64,000 nt of DNA from Eubacterium sp. GTDB taxonomy: Bacteria; Bacillota; Clostridia; Lachnospirales; Lachnospiraceae. A model generated the notes under the pieces. That model searched no databases. It was not told the DNA's origin and worked only from the letters and a program-made list of their open reading frames with translations. A program made the position numbers and the translations under genes. Below, piece by piece: positions 19,409 through 28,862 of this stretch. Location: positions 11,404 to 75,403 of the forward strand of contig JAILRZ010000049.1 of the NCBI GenBank assembly GCA_024697845.1, read 5' to 3'. Within the stretch, counting starts at the first letter, position 1. Every line of letters begins with the position of its first letter.

Positions 19409-20524
19409 CTAATTCTTTTGAAGCTTAACATAATTCTTATATACCTTTAACGTAACCGTTTCACCGATAGTATACTTCATCTTTGAACTGGACATTTTGT
19501 ATTCGATCATTCTGTAACCATCTGATGTACGGATACGAATGATATATACCACTCCCGGTTTTTTATCATAAGACATTCCTATTTCTTCTTCGCAACCACA
19601 GATTTCTCCGGTTATAGTCTTCCCATGAATCATAACCGATATAAATCTGTAAAATTGGGCAGATGATTTATAAATGCATACGATTTCAATAATTAAAATA
19701 AGCCCAAACACTGTCACCCCTAGTAAGGTGCCGAAAATTTCTTTGCCACCGATTTTCCCTATAGATTTTAGCAAACCTACAGAAATTACAATTAATATCG
19801 GTGTTGCCATGAACAAAACAAATCCCAAATATGACATTGCAAAACAGTTCCAAAGATTGACATGTGCCACTTTGCAATGGACAAACGATGCTCCACCGTT
19901 GTACCCGATAACATCAGGGATTGATTCAAAACTTAAATCTTTAAGATTTTCTATGGTCTTTCTCTTTCCATTTTTCTTTAATAAGAGAACGATATTGCCA
20001 AAGACCTTTAACGTTACAATGCATCCCGCACTATAGAATCTACAGTCTTTTTGTATTTTATATTTTTTATATTCAAAAGTTCTTTGGCCAACCGGGGTAC
20101 TTACCATTATTGTTAACAGACTATTTTCTTGCTCAACTTTGAGAACTGTTCCTTGAATCTTCTTTCCAAATATCCGCACAACAATTTCATAATATATGCC
20201 ACGTAAAATATTGAACAGGAGCCAAATTGCCACAAAGCCAAACACAGGGATACAAACTATCGAAAACATCAAGCCAACATCATCCCCATCAATTGCTGCA
20301 TATATTCCCATAAATGTACCAGTTAACATCGCCAGCTCAAACACAATCCCCCCTAAATATTCCCATTTTGTAGTACCTGCCGCCCTAATAAAAATATTCT
20401 TATTTTCCTTCTTTATTTTTCCATTCTCCTGCAACGGAACTGTCGAACCTTCAATTATTTTCCCCAGCACTTCTTTATTCTCAGTTTTCAAAACCTCATT
20501 GTGGTCAATTATTTTCTTCGCCAT
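19409..20524 (-). CDS. Hypothetical membrane protein with an internal duplication
   Basis: Two units of two TM helices plus a small beta domain: GKKIQGTV...FEYK...VTLKVFGN and GKTITGEI...IEYK...VTLKVYKN. Confidence 0.7.
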   Translation of the reverse strand: MAKKIIDHNEVLKTENKEVLGKIIEGSTVPLQENGKIKKENKNIFIRAAGTTKWEYLGGIVFELAMLTGTFMGIYAAIDGDDVGLMFSIVCIPVFGFVAIWLLFNILRGIYYEIVVRIFGKKIQGTVLKVEQENSLLTIMVSTPVGQRTFEYKKYKIQKDCRFYSAGCIVTLKVFGNIVLLLKKNGKRKTIENLKDLSFESIPDVIGYNGGASFVHCKVAHVNLWNCFAMSYLGFVLFMATPILIVISVGLLKSIGKIGGKEIFGTLLGVTVFGLILIIEIVCIYKSSAQFYRFISVMIHGKTITGEICGCEEEIGMSYDKKPGVVYIIRIRTSDGYRMIEYKMSSSKMKYTIGETVTLKVYKNYVKLQKN

Positions 20525-20624
20525 AATATCCTTCCCATTGTTCGATTTTTTTCAATAAAAGAGTCGTCTTACTTTTGTGCCGGTACACACCTTTCAAGTA
20601 ACAACGACTCTTCATAACTATTTC

Positions 20625-21608
20625 TTATTTCTTAATTTTTACAGATTTTTTCTTGCTGGCCTTGCTGACAACTTCTTTCCCGATAAAATTCTGTTTAATT
20701 GCATAAACTCTGAAATAATATTTCTTTCCTTTTTTCAGATTTTTAATCTTACATGAAGTCTTTTTGATTGTCTTAGATTTTGCTTTTTTAAACTTGCTAT
20801 TGGTTGCATATTGAATCTTGTATTTCTTTGCTCCGGTAACTTTTTTAATTTTTACCGTAACAGAAGTCTTTTTCGCTTTCTTCTTTGACTTATTAACTTT
20901 TAACTTCTTAACTTTTGATGTGGCAATGGTATTAGAAGCTTTTATGGTTGCTTTAATACTTGCTTCTGTATCCTTGGTATTGGTTGTAGCAAAAATAACT
21001 GTCTTTTTGTTCAGCTGGTCCCCTGTTAACGTATAAAATACTTGTTTAGGATTTCCCTTGCTAACTTCGCCATTGGTCTTTACAATGTCTTTGTCAAACT
21101 CTACAGAATAGATTACCGTAATATCTTTCATTTCCTCTAAAACTGCTTCATCAATGCCGTAAGCCTTCATGTAGCTTTCCATCTCTTTGTTATCCATCAT
21201 ATCTTTGGTACTATAATCAGATACCTGAGATGCAGGATCCGCTCCGCAAAGATAAAATGTTTCTTTTGTCACATAAGCGGAAGTTCCTTCTTTTTCGTTA
21301 TTAAATTCTTTCATGAACTCCTTGTAAGTATATTTCTTGCTTTCTGTTATTTCATAAAATTCTGTGTTTTCTATTACCGTGTATTTCATATCCTTGGCAA
21401 AACTATCTGCAATGGCAATAGAAAACTCGTCACCTTTTTCCCTAATTTTTGCTAAAATCTTATCACAGGTGTCTTTCTTAAAATAAACGGAAACCGTCAT
21501 TGAAATATGACCATCCGATGTGACTTTCATCGGAATTCTTTCAATCATGCACCCTGTAAACATCAGTACTACTGCAAGAACTACTGCCAACAATTTCGAC
21601 TTTTTCAT
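20625..21608 (-). CDS. Lipoprotein with a C-terminal Lys-rich fibronectin-III-like domain
   Basis: Lipobox FTGC; C-terminal KKVTGAKKYKIQYATNSKF...KKYYFRVYA; GGAGG RBS immediately after the leuA stop. Confidence 0.8.
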   Translation of the reverse strand: MKKSKLLAVVLAVVLMFTGCMIERIPMKVTSDGHISMTVSVYFKKDTCDKILAKIREKGDEFSIAIADSFAKDMKYTVIENTEFYEITESKKYTYKEFMKEFNNEKEGTSAYVTKETFYLCGADPASQVSDYSTKDMMDNKEMESYMKAYGIDEAVLEEMKDITVIYSVEFDKDIVKTNGEVSKGNPKQVFYTLTGDQLNKKTVIFATTNTKDTEASIKATIKASNTIATSKVKKLKVNKSKKKAKKTSVTVKIKKVTGAKKYKIQYATNSKFKKAKSKTIKKTSCKIKNLKKGKKYYFRVYAIKQNFIGKEVVSKASKKKSVKIKK

Positions 21609-21620
21609 AAATCTACCTCC

Positions 21621-23609
21621 TTATCTTTGATTTCTAAACTGCACCGGTGTCATTCCATATTTCTTTTTAAACAACCGGATAAAATGTTCCACATCCTGAT
21701 ACCCAACCGCATCAGAAATCGCCTCAACCGTCATGCTGCTTCCTTTCAGCAGTGTTCTGGCTTTTTTCATTCGCACATTTTTCACCAACTCACCAAAGGT
21801 CTTTCCTGACTTCGCCTTAATATACTTTGACAGATACGGCTTAGATAAGTGGAATTCCTCTGCTAGTTCGTCCAAAGTCACCGTAAGGTAGTTGGTGTTA
21901 ATAAAATTTTTGATTTCCGTTAACCTTTCGTCCTGTTCTCCGTTTTTTCCAATGGATGTAAGATACTGGTTTACCGCAACTGTCAATGCCTGGATAGATG
22001 CCTTAATTATATCCGCATCAATTCCTACTCCCCAGAACATTGTTCCGTTACAGCTAATTCCTACATAAGCAACAGCCTTTGAAGAAGAACCTCTGGAAAG
22101 TGAATGTTCTTCATAGACTGAAAGTTCATAACTGATATCAAAGAACTGCTTAAAAGCATTACTTACTGCATCTAAACGTCCATTTCCTGTACTCTTTACA
22201 ACTCTTGCTTCATCTTTACGTGCAATCGTAACTTCTGCAACAATCCCATCTTTCTGTTCAAAATGAGCTTCCGGAACACTAAACACCGAATTGTCATTGA
22301 CATACTTATCCTCAAAAATCTGGTGTACCCATTCTGGTGAAAGTTCTTTATGTTCCTTATCCGATACATCTTTTACTGTGTAACCAACATTTTCTCTCAT
22401 CTTTTCCGGTAATGACAATCCAAAGTTCTGCTTTAAGATATAGCTTACCCCACCCTTACCGGACTGACTATTAATACGAATAACATCTGAATCGTAAGTT
22501 CTTCCAACATCTACCGGATCAATTGGAAGATACGGTACGGTCCAATGACCATCCGGATTTTTTTCTCTACAAGCCATTCCTTTTGCAATGGCATCCTGAT
22601 GAGAACCTGAGAATGCTGTAAACACAAGCTCACCGGCATATGGCTGACGTGGGCTTACCTGCATTCTTGTTACACGTTCGTAAAGTTCACAAATCTGTGG
22701 CATATTGCTGAAGTCCAGCTTCGGATCTACACCATGAGAGAACATATTCATTGCCAATGTAATAATATCGACATTTCCTGTTCTTTCTCCATTTCCAAAT
22801 AATGTACCTTCAATTCTGTCTGCACCTGCAAGAACACTCAGTTCTGCTGTTGCCACACCACATCCTCTATCATTGTGAGGATGTACAGAGATGGTAACGG
22901 CATCACGATACTTTAAGTTCTTATGCATATATTCCACTTGCGTTGCAAATACATGAGGCATCGCATTTTCTACGGTTGCAGGAATATTGATAATAACCTT
23001 ATTTTCCTTCTTTGGCTGCCATACATCTAACACTGCATTACATACATCTAATGCATAGTCCACCTCAGTTCCCGGAAAACTTTCCGGACTATATTCAAAG
23101 GAAAAGTTTCCTTCAATTTCATCTGCAAGCTTCTTTAATAATTCTGCACCATCCACAGCAATCTTCATCACTTCTTCTTTACTCTTTTTAAATACCTGTT
23201 CACGCTGTGCAACAGATGTTGAATTGTAAAGGTGAATTACTGCATGTTTTGCACCCTTAACGGCTTCGAAAGTTTTCTTGATAATGTGTTCTCTTGCCTG
23301 TGTTAATACCTGAACAGTTACATCATCAGGAATCATATCACGTTCAATTAACGCACGCATAAATTTATATTCAGTTTCTGAAGCAGCTGGAAAACCTACT
23401 TCAATTTCCTTAAATCCAATATCTACAAGCATCTTGAAGAATTCTAATTTTTCTTCTAAGCTCATTGGCTCAATCAGTGCCTGATTTCCATCACGTAAGT
23501 CGACACTACACCAGATTGGTGCTTCTGTAATATATTCCTTCTTCACCCAATCATAGGTTGGTGTCGGTGGCATAAAATATTGTCTTTGATACTTCTTATA
23601 ATTCATCAT
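21621..23609 (-). CDS. leuA: 2-isopropylmalate synthase fused to a C-terminal AraC-type HTH domain
   Basis: [33 protein letters not shown] and INSQSGKGG motifs plus the regulatory domain (GNGRLDA). Last 103 aa are an AraC double HTH. Confidence 0.93.
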   Translation of the reverse strand: MMNYKKYQRQYFMPPTPTYDWVKKEYITEAPIWCSVDLRDGNQALIEPMSLEEKLEFFKMLVDIGFKEIEVGFPAASETEYKFMRALIERDMIPDDVTVQVLTQAREHIIKKTFEAVKGAKHAVIHLYNSTSVAQREQVFKKSKEEVMKIAVDGAELLKKLADEIEGNFSFEYSPESFPGTEVDYALDVCNAVLDVWQPKKENKVIINIPATVENAMPHVFATQVEYMHKNLKYRDAVTISVHPHNDRGCGVATAELSVLAGADRIEGTLFGNGERTGNVDIITLAMNMFSHGVDPKLDFSNMPQICELYERVTRMQVSPRQPYAGELVFTAFSGSHQDAIAKGMACREKNPDGHWTVPYLPIDPVDVGRTYDSDVIRINSQSGKGGVSYILKQNFGLSLPEKMRENVGYTVKDVSDKEHKELSPEWVHQIFEDKYVNDNSVFSVPEAHFEQKDGIVAEVTIARKDEARVVKSTGNGRLDAVSNAFKQFFDISYELSVYEEHSLSRGSSSKAVAYVGISCNGTMFWGVGIDADIIKASIQALTVAVNQYLTSIGKNGEQDERLTEIKNFINTNYLTVTLDELAEEFHLSKPYLSKYIKAKSGKTFGELVKNVRMKKARTLLKGSSMTVEAISDAVGYQDVEHFIRLFKKKYGMTPVQFRNQR

Positions 23610-23662
23610 CTTTTTATTCTCCTTTTCAGCTTATCCATTCTAACTCTATTTTTCCACTTTGT

Positions 23663-24116
23663 AAACGAAAAACGCCTCTGCGTTTTCATTCAAAAACACA
23701 GAGACGTAAGCTTTACTACGCGGTACCACTCTGATTCAAACCATAATCCGAGGATTACGGTAAGCACTCATTGATGTTTAACCATCACTTCATATAACGG
23801 TGAAAACCGTCCAAACCTACACATTTCCTACGCAATTGGTAACAAATACTTGTAGCTCGCATATATATATCATCCTTCGGATGATAATGCTCGCGTAGGT
23901 TATCAATTGCTTCGCAATTGGTAACAAATACTTGTAGCTCGCATATATATATCATCCTTCGGATGATAATGCTCGCGCAGGTTATCAATTGCTTCGCAAT
24001 TGGTAACAAACTTCAGTCGGAAGCTCCGGGACGAGTTCACTAAATATGGCCTGCTGTCTTCCACCAACCGACAACTCTCTGTAAGACTTTTTCCAGCTAC
24101 TATTTCCCATCAACGC
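23663..24116 (-). ncRNA. T-box riboswitch leader with Leu (CUC) specifier
   Basis: Stem I with AGTAG, ACAGAGAG, GGTGGAA and GAA-CTC-GTC specifier (24033-24035); CCGTTA box; T-box AGAGTGGTACCGCG (23719-23732); terminator 23663-23707; upstream of leuA. Confidence 0.92.
23831..24010. repeat. 82-bp tandem repeat, about 2.2 copies, hairpin-rich
   Basis: Units start at 23831, 23913 and 23995 (partial); one mismatch between the full copies; contain AATTGC-TTC-GCAATT and ATCATCC-TTC-GGATGAT. Confidence 0.95.
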
Positions 24117-24371
24117 CATTTAATTTTTTAGGATATCTGTACTATATCATATGCTTCACAAGAATAGTAGTGATAAATTTAATCAGTTTTATTGATTTTT
24201 TTTATCATTAGTGTGAGAATGACTTCCAAATCCAAGAAATCGGATTGCATTTATGCAAAATCCAGTTTCTTGGGTTTGGAAAATCAAGCGACGCTTGAAC
24301 AGCGAGATGAAGCGAAGCGAAATCAAGCCGTCTCGTTCTATTTGGGCACGAGTTGTCTCGTGCCGTTTAAC

Positions 24372-24517
24372 GATAGTAGTATTTCTTGGAATTCGAACTT
24401 CCGCTACTATCTTTTCCCTCTAACACTAGTAGCATATCTGAAGATTCCTGACTTCCACTACTATCTTTTTCCTCTAACACTAGTAGCATATCTGAAGATT
24501 CCTGATTTCCGCTACTA
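24372..24517. repeat. 53/54-bp tandem repeat, about 2.7 copies
   Basis: TAGTAG stem starts at 24374, 24427 and 24481; 24397-24450 and 24451-24504 are nearly identical. Confidence 0.9.
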
Positions 24518-24540
24518 AATTCATTATGATATCAATTAAA

Positions 24541-24569
24541 AACCTGCACTGACATACGCCAATGCAGGT
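24541..24569 (-). terminator. Terminator of uidA
   Basis: ACCTGCATTGGC/GTCAGTGCAGGT stem followed by a T run on the minus strand. Confidence 0.7.
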
Positions 24570-24584
24570 ATCATTGCTTAGGTA

Positions 24585-26441
24585 TTAATTCCAACGATTT
24601 TTCAATAAAAACGCTGCCATTTTAGGCTGGCGGTTTCGGGTAAATACCCCTTTCTTGTTTCCGTCCACACGGTTCAGCCCCTGTTTTGTTTGGAAGTCAC
24701 AATATGCCCAAACATGCTCGCCAATCATAAAATCCAATTGATCAAAAACTTTGTGGAATTCTCTCAGATAATCACACTGAAATTCTTCTGTATATGCAAC
24801 CGCCGGCATTTTGTGATAACCGGCAATAGTGTCGGCGCCATACTCACTGAGGATAATCGGCTTCTTATATTTTTCGTACCAGCGTTTCATCTCATTTTCC
24901 AACTGAAGTCCAATTACCTCTAGATGGCTATGGTCCGTATACCAGCCATAATAACGATTTACGCAAATCATATCCAACCACTGACTCACCTTGTCCCCAT
25001 CTGCCCCGGAGGTGTGAACCATTGTAACCGGTCTGGTATCATCCAACGACCGCATACGGTCTATGATTTTTTTAAAATAAGGCACAGCACCTTCTTCGTG
25101 AGTTGCTGCCTCATTTGCAACGCTCCACATTACAACGCAAGGATGATTTTTATCCCGCTGATAGACTTCTTCTAAGGTATTTAAATGATGATTCAATGTT
25201 TCATCATTCACGCGATTTCCGCCAAACACCTGCTGTCCATCCCAAAAGCACATCCCTACTGCCGGAACCTCATCAATTACAACAAAACCTTCCCTATCCG
25301 CAAGCATCATCTGTTCTTCTGAGTAGGGATAATGAGATGTTCTGAAAGAATTTGCACCAATCCAATGCAACAACTGAAAATCTCTGATGTTCAATGCATC
25401 ATCCAAACCTTTTCCGTGAATATCACTATCTTCATGTCTTCCAAATCCTCTGAAATAAAACGGCTTTCCATTGATCAAAAACTGTTTATCCGTCACTTCT
25501 ATTTTTCGGATTCCAAAGGATTCCGTATAAACATCCGTCTCCCCTTCTACACGAAGCTGATAGAGGTACGCCGCTCCTGGATTCCAAAGAGTCGGTGCTT
25601 CCAACTGAACCTCGGTAGTGTAAACTTTCTTTCCGTCTTTTTCAGAAACTCTGAATTTAGTTTCCATTGCAATCACGGCATCTTCTTCATCCAACACCAT
25701 AATTGCTTTCACAGCATCCGTAGACTGAATTTGAACTTTGACTACGGCACTTTTTGCAGTCAATCCTTCACTTTTTTCCAGTTTTTTGTAGTCTTCAATA
25801 GAGCAACATTTTTCTTTTCTGTACTCCTTTGACAAACCTTTCACTTCGGATTTTATAACAATATCTTCAATATATTTCTTCGGTGTTGTATAGATTTTGA
25901 CCGGTCTGTGAATTCCTGAATAATTGTAAAAATCAAAATATGTTTCCTGGAATTGGAACCCTTCCGGATACCCCTCTCCTTCCTTTGAAATCACTTCCCC
26001 GCAAGGAATACAGGTCCAATCCAATACATTACTTAATGCAACTGTCAAGCGATGTTTATCTACTGAACTATGTTCCATCAATGATGTAATATCTGCTTCA
26101 AAAGGAAGAAAGCCTCCTTTGTGAGACACTACTTCTACCCCATCCACATAAACAATAGCATGATGTGTAGCACTGCCAAACCGCAATACAATCCGTTTAT
26201 CATCCCAGGAATCCGGAATAATAAAATCCCGTTCATACCAAACATATCCTACATGTTCCTTTACTTTTTCATCCGTCACCAAATCATTGAAGCTGGCAGG
26301 AACGGCCATTGGAATCGCATCCTTCAACGGTCTTTCAAACCATTTTTCTTCCAAACCGACATTGTTCTCGTCTACCTTAAACTTCCATATGCCACATAAG
26401 TTTTTTACTTCTCTTACTTTGTTTTCGATTGGATACAACAT
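24585..26441 (-). CDS. uidA: Beta-glucuronidase (GH2)
   Basis: NSFRTSHYPY, WSVANE (acid/base), LSEYGAD (nucleophile) and the GUS-specific GNKKG motif. Confidence 0.92.
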   Translation of the reverse strand: MLYPIENKVREVKNLCGIWKFKVDENNVGLEEKWFERPLKDAIPMAVPASFNDLVTDEKVKEHVGYVWYERDFIIPDSWDDKRIVLRFGSATHHAIVYVDGVEVVSHKGGFLPFEADITSLMEHSSVDKHRLTVALSNVLDWTCIPCGEVISKEGEGYPEGFQFQETYFDFYNYSGIHRPVKIYTTPKKYIEDIVIKSEVKGLSKEYRKEKCCSIEDYKKLEKSEGLTAKSAVVKVQIQSTDAVKAIMVLDEEDAVIAMETKFRVSEKDGKKVYTTEVQLEAPTLWNPGAAYLYQLRVEGETDVYTESFGIRKIEVTDKQFLINGKPFYFRGFGRHEDSDIHGKGLDDALNIRDFQLLHWIGANSFRTSHYPYSEEQMMLADREGFVVIDEVPAVGMCFWDGQQVFGGNRVNDETLNHHLNTLEEVYQRDKNHPCVVMWSVANEAATHEEGAVPYFKKIIDRMRSLDDTRPVTMVHTSGADGDKVSQWLDMICVNRYYGWYTDHSHLEVIGLQLENEMKRWYEKYKKPIILSEYGADTIAGYHKMPAVAYTEEFQCDYLREFHKVFDQLDFMIGEHVWAYCDFQTKQGLNRVDGNKKGVFTRNRQPKMAAFLLKNRWN

Positions 26442-26627
26442 TGTTTTTCTCCTTTAACTGTCATTTCCATCTAAACCCTTTTCCGATCCTGGACACTTTC
26501 GTGCATTCTTCTCCACTATATCCCTTTTCCTTCATTCTTTCAAGTTTTTTATTACAAAAAAATCCCCCGACTATTTCGTTCAAGCCGGGGGATTTAAATA
26601 CCCTATTACGTTATTTTAAGTTTTTAA

Positions 26628-28121
26628 TTATTCGTCTACTTCACCTATGAAAGTAGTCCCAGTTTCTTCATTCTCACTAATATTTCCTGTAGTGTCATTT
26701 TTTTCATCCTCAACCTTCTCTTCATTTTTATTCATTGACTGCGTTCCCATATACTGTGAAAGAACTGCTTTCAAATCTAATCCTGTTGATCCCTTAATTC
26801 CATCAGAAACCTGATTTACAGTATTCATAACAGAACCAACCATCTGTTCATTGTTTCCTGAACCGTACATGGTAATGGAATCAATACCGGATAATGGTTC
26901 AGCAGCATTTTTAACTGCTTCAGGGAATGCTTTAAAGAACATTTCCAAAATAGCAGCTTCGCCATACTTCTGCATCGCTTCTGCTTTCTTTTCAATACCT
27001 TCAGCCTCAGCAACAGCCTTCGCACGAATTGCTTCCGCTTCAGCAAGACCTTTTGCGCGGATACCTTCAGCTTCCTGTTCCAGTTCATACTTCTTTGCTT
27101 CAGCATCTTTCTTTCTCTGGTACAGTTCAGCTTCTGCGGCCTGCTGTTTTGCAAACTTTTCAGCTTCTGCCTGTTTTCTGATTTCAGCATCCAATGACTG
27201 TTCTTTAACAGCCGCTTCTTTTTGTTTCAAAATTACGTACTGTTCTTCTTTGGCAATGTCAGCCTGTGCCTTTGTTGTTTCAATGGACTTTCTTTGTTCT
27301 TCCTGCTGAATGGAATAAGCTGCATCGGCTTCAGCCTGTTTAATATCAGCTTCCTTCTTTAACTCAGCTTTCTTAATGTTCAATTCGTTGTTTCTTTCTG
27401 CAATCTGTCTTTCAGACTCAACACTGGCATCATTTGCTTCTTTATTAGCCTTTGCTTGAGCAATCTTAATATCTCTTTCCCCTTCTGCTCTTGCAATGGA
27501 TGCAGCCTTCTGAATTTGTACAATGTTATCAATACCTAAATTTTCAATAACTTGATTTTCATCAATAAAATTCTGCACATTAAAGCTTACAATATCCAGT
27601 CCCATTGCAGCCAAATCCGGCTCTGCATTTTCTTTTACCAATGATGCAAATTTCTGTCGGTTGGAAACCATTTCTTCCAGTCTCATCTTACCAACAATCT
27701 CTCTGGTATTACCTTCCAAAACATTTTTTGCGACCCCGCCGATGTAATCGGTATTTTTGTTCAAAAAGTTCTGGGAAGCCAGTTTCAATCGCTCCGGATT
27801 ATCACTGATTTTAACATTGACTGCAGCATCTACATTCACATTAATGTAATCTGCCGTAGGAACGCTGCTTGCCGTTTTTACATCAATTGGAATCAACCGA
27901 AGATTCAACTCATCTTTTTTTTCAAGAAACGGAATCTTAATGCCTGCCTTTCCAATCAAATACCTTGGCTTCTTCCGCAACCCCGATATAATATACGCCG
28001 TATCAGGGGATGCCTTTACATACCCACTTGCAACAATTGAAATTAGCAGGATTACTAAAAATCCGATTAACAATTGCGGCCAGTAGTCAACGACCCATTC
28101 CATTCCTTCAAAACCTTCCAT
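26628..28121 (-). CDS. Flotillin / SPFH domain protein
   Basis: N-terminal TM, SPFH (VPTADYINVNVDA, LEGNTREIVG), and Ala/Glu-rich coiled coil; start may be 28100. Confidence 0.9.
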   Translation of the reverse strand: MEGFEGMEWVVDYWPQLLIGFLVILLISIVASGYVKASPDTAYIISGLRKKPRYLIGKAGIKIPFLEKKDELNLRLIPIDVKTASSVPTADYINVNVDAAVNVKISDNPERLKLASQNFLNKNTDYIGGVAKNVLEGNTREIVGKMRLEEMVSNRQKFASLVKENAEPDLAAMGLDIVSFNVQNFIDENQVIENLGIDNIVQIQKAASIARAEGERDIKIAQAKANKEANDASVESERQIAERNNELNIKKAELKKEADIKQAEADAAYSIQQEEQRKSIETTKAQADIAKEEQYVILKQKEAAVKEQSLDAEIRKQAEAEKFAKQQAAEAELYQRKKDAEAKKYELEQEAEGIRAKGLAEAEAIRAKAVAEAEGIEKKAEAMQKYGEAAILEMFFKAFPEAVKNAAEPLSGIDSITMYGSGNNEQMVGSVMNTVNQVSDGIKGSTGLDLKAVLSQYMGTQSMNKNEEKVEDEKNDTTGNISENEETGTTFIGEVDE

Positions 28122-28304
28122 TTTTCCTTCTCCTTTCCTGTTTAGGTTTTAACGAAATAAAGCAACCAGGCTTTTCAAAGCCCGTCTTTTATTTTCGACA
28201 TTATTAGTATATAATAAGACGTAGTCTTTGAAAACGTTTAAAAATGCGAATTATGACTACTTAATCCGCTAAAAATAGCGAAATAAATCAAATCGGAGTT
28301 TATT

Positions 28305-28820
28305 ATGGGGAAAAAATCTACAAAAGAAAACAAAAACATTTATCAAATTACCCGAGAAGCATTAGATTTAACCAGAGATCAGGCCAGCGAAGTCCTTCAG
28401 TTTATTTCTGCCGACCGTATTGAAAAAATTGAAAATGAAAAAGCAATGGCTCACCCTGATGAGGTTCTTACAATGGCGGAAGGATACCGGAAGCCAAACC
28501 TGTGTAACTACTATTGCTCTCATGAATGTCCAATTGGAGAAAAATATGTTCCGGAAGTGGAGAGCAAGGAATTATCAGGAATTGTGTTGGAAATGCTTGC
28601 TTCCTTAAATTCCATGAACAAAATGAAAGAGCGATTAATTGAGATTACTGCTGACGGAATGATTTCTGATGATGAATTATTGGATTTTATTACCATTCAG
28701 CAGGAGCTGGAAAAAATTTCCTTATCTGTGGAATCTCTGCAGCTTTGGATGGAAAGTACCATTGCAAATAAACAGATTGATTCCGCTAAAATCGAAAAAT
28801 TAAAAGCATCCTGTAAATAA
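28305..28820 (+). CDS. XRE-family HTH protein
   Basis: N-terminal HTH (REALDLTRDQASE...IEKIEN..HPDEV) with a YCSHECP motif and helical C-terminus. Confidence 0.8.
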   Translation: MGKKSTKENKNIYQITREALDLTRDQASEVLQFISADRIEKIENEKAMAHPDEVLTMAEGYRKPNLCNYYCSHECPIGEKYVPEVESKELSGIVLEMLASLNSMNKMKERLIEITADGMISDDELLDFITIQQELEKISLSVESLQLWMESTIANKQIDSAKIEKLKASCK

Positions 28821-28862
28821 AAAAAGCTGTGAAAATGAACTTTCATTTTCACAGCTTTTTTC
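28821..28862. terminator. Bidirectional terminator
   Basis: AAAAAAGCTGTGAAAATGAA...TTCATTTTCACAGCTTTTTT long inverted repeat between convergent genes. Confidence 0.9.

Noticed and set aside
23785-24009. 74-aa minus-strand ORF with a repeated peptide
   Set aside because: It is a by-product of the 82-bp repeat inside the T-box; the unit is not a multiple of three and there is no RBS.
24093-24420. Similarity between T-box Stem I (GGGAAATAGTAGCTGGAA) and the 54-bp unit (GGGAAAAGATAGTAGCGGAA)
   Set aside because: Short, gapped and purine-rich; chance cannot be excluded by eye.
24192-24518. 108-aa ORF with an 18-aa repeat
   Set aside because: No RBS; it runs through hairpin and repeat DNA, so it is treated as non-coding.
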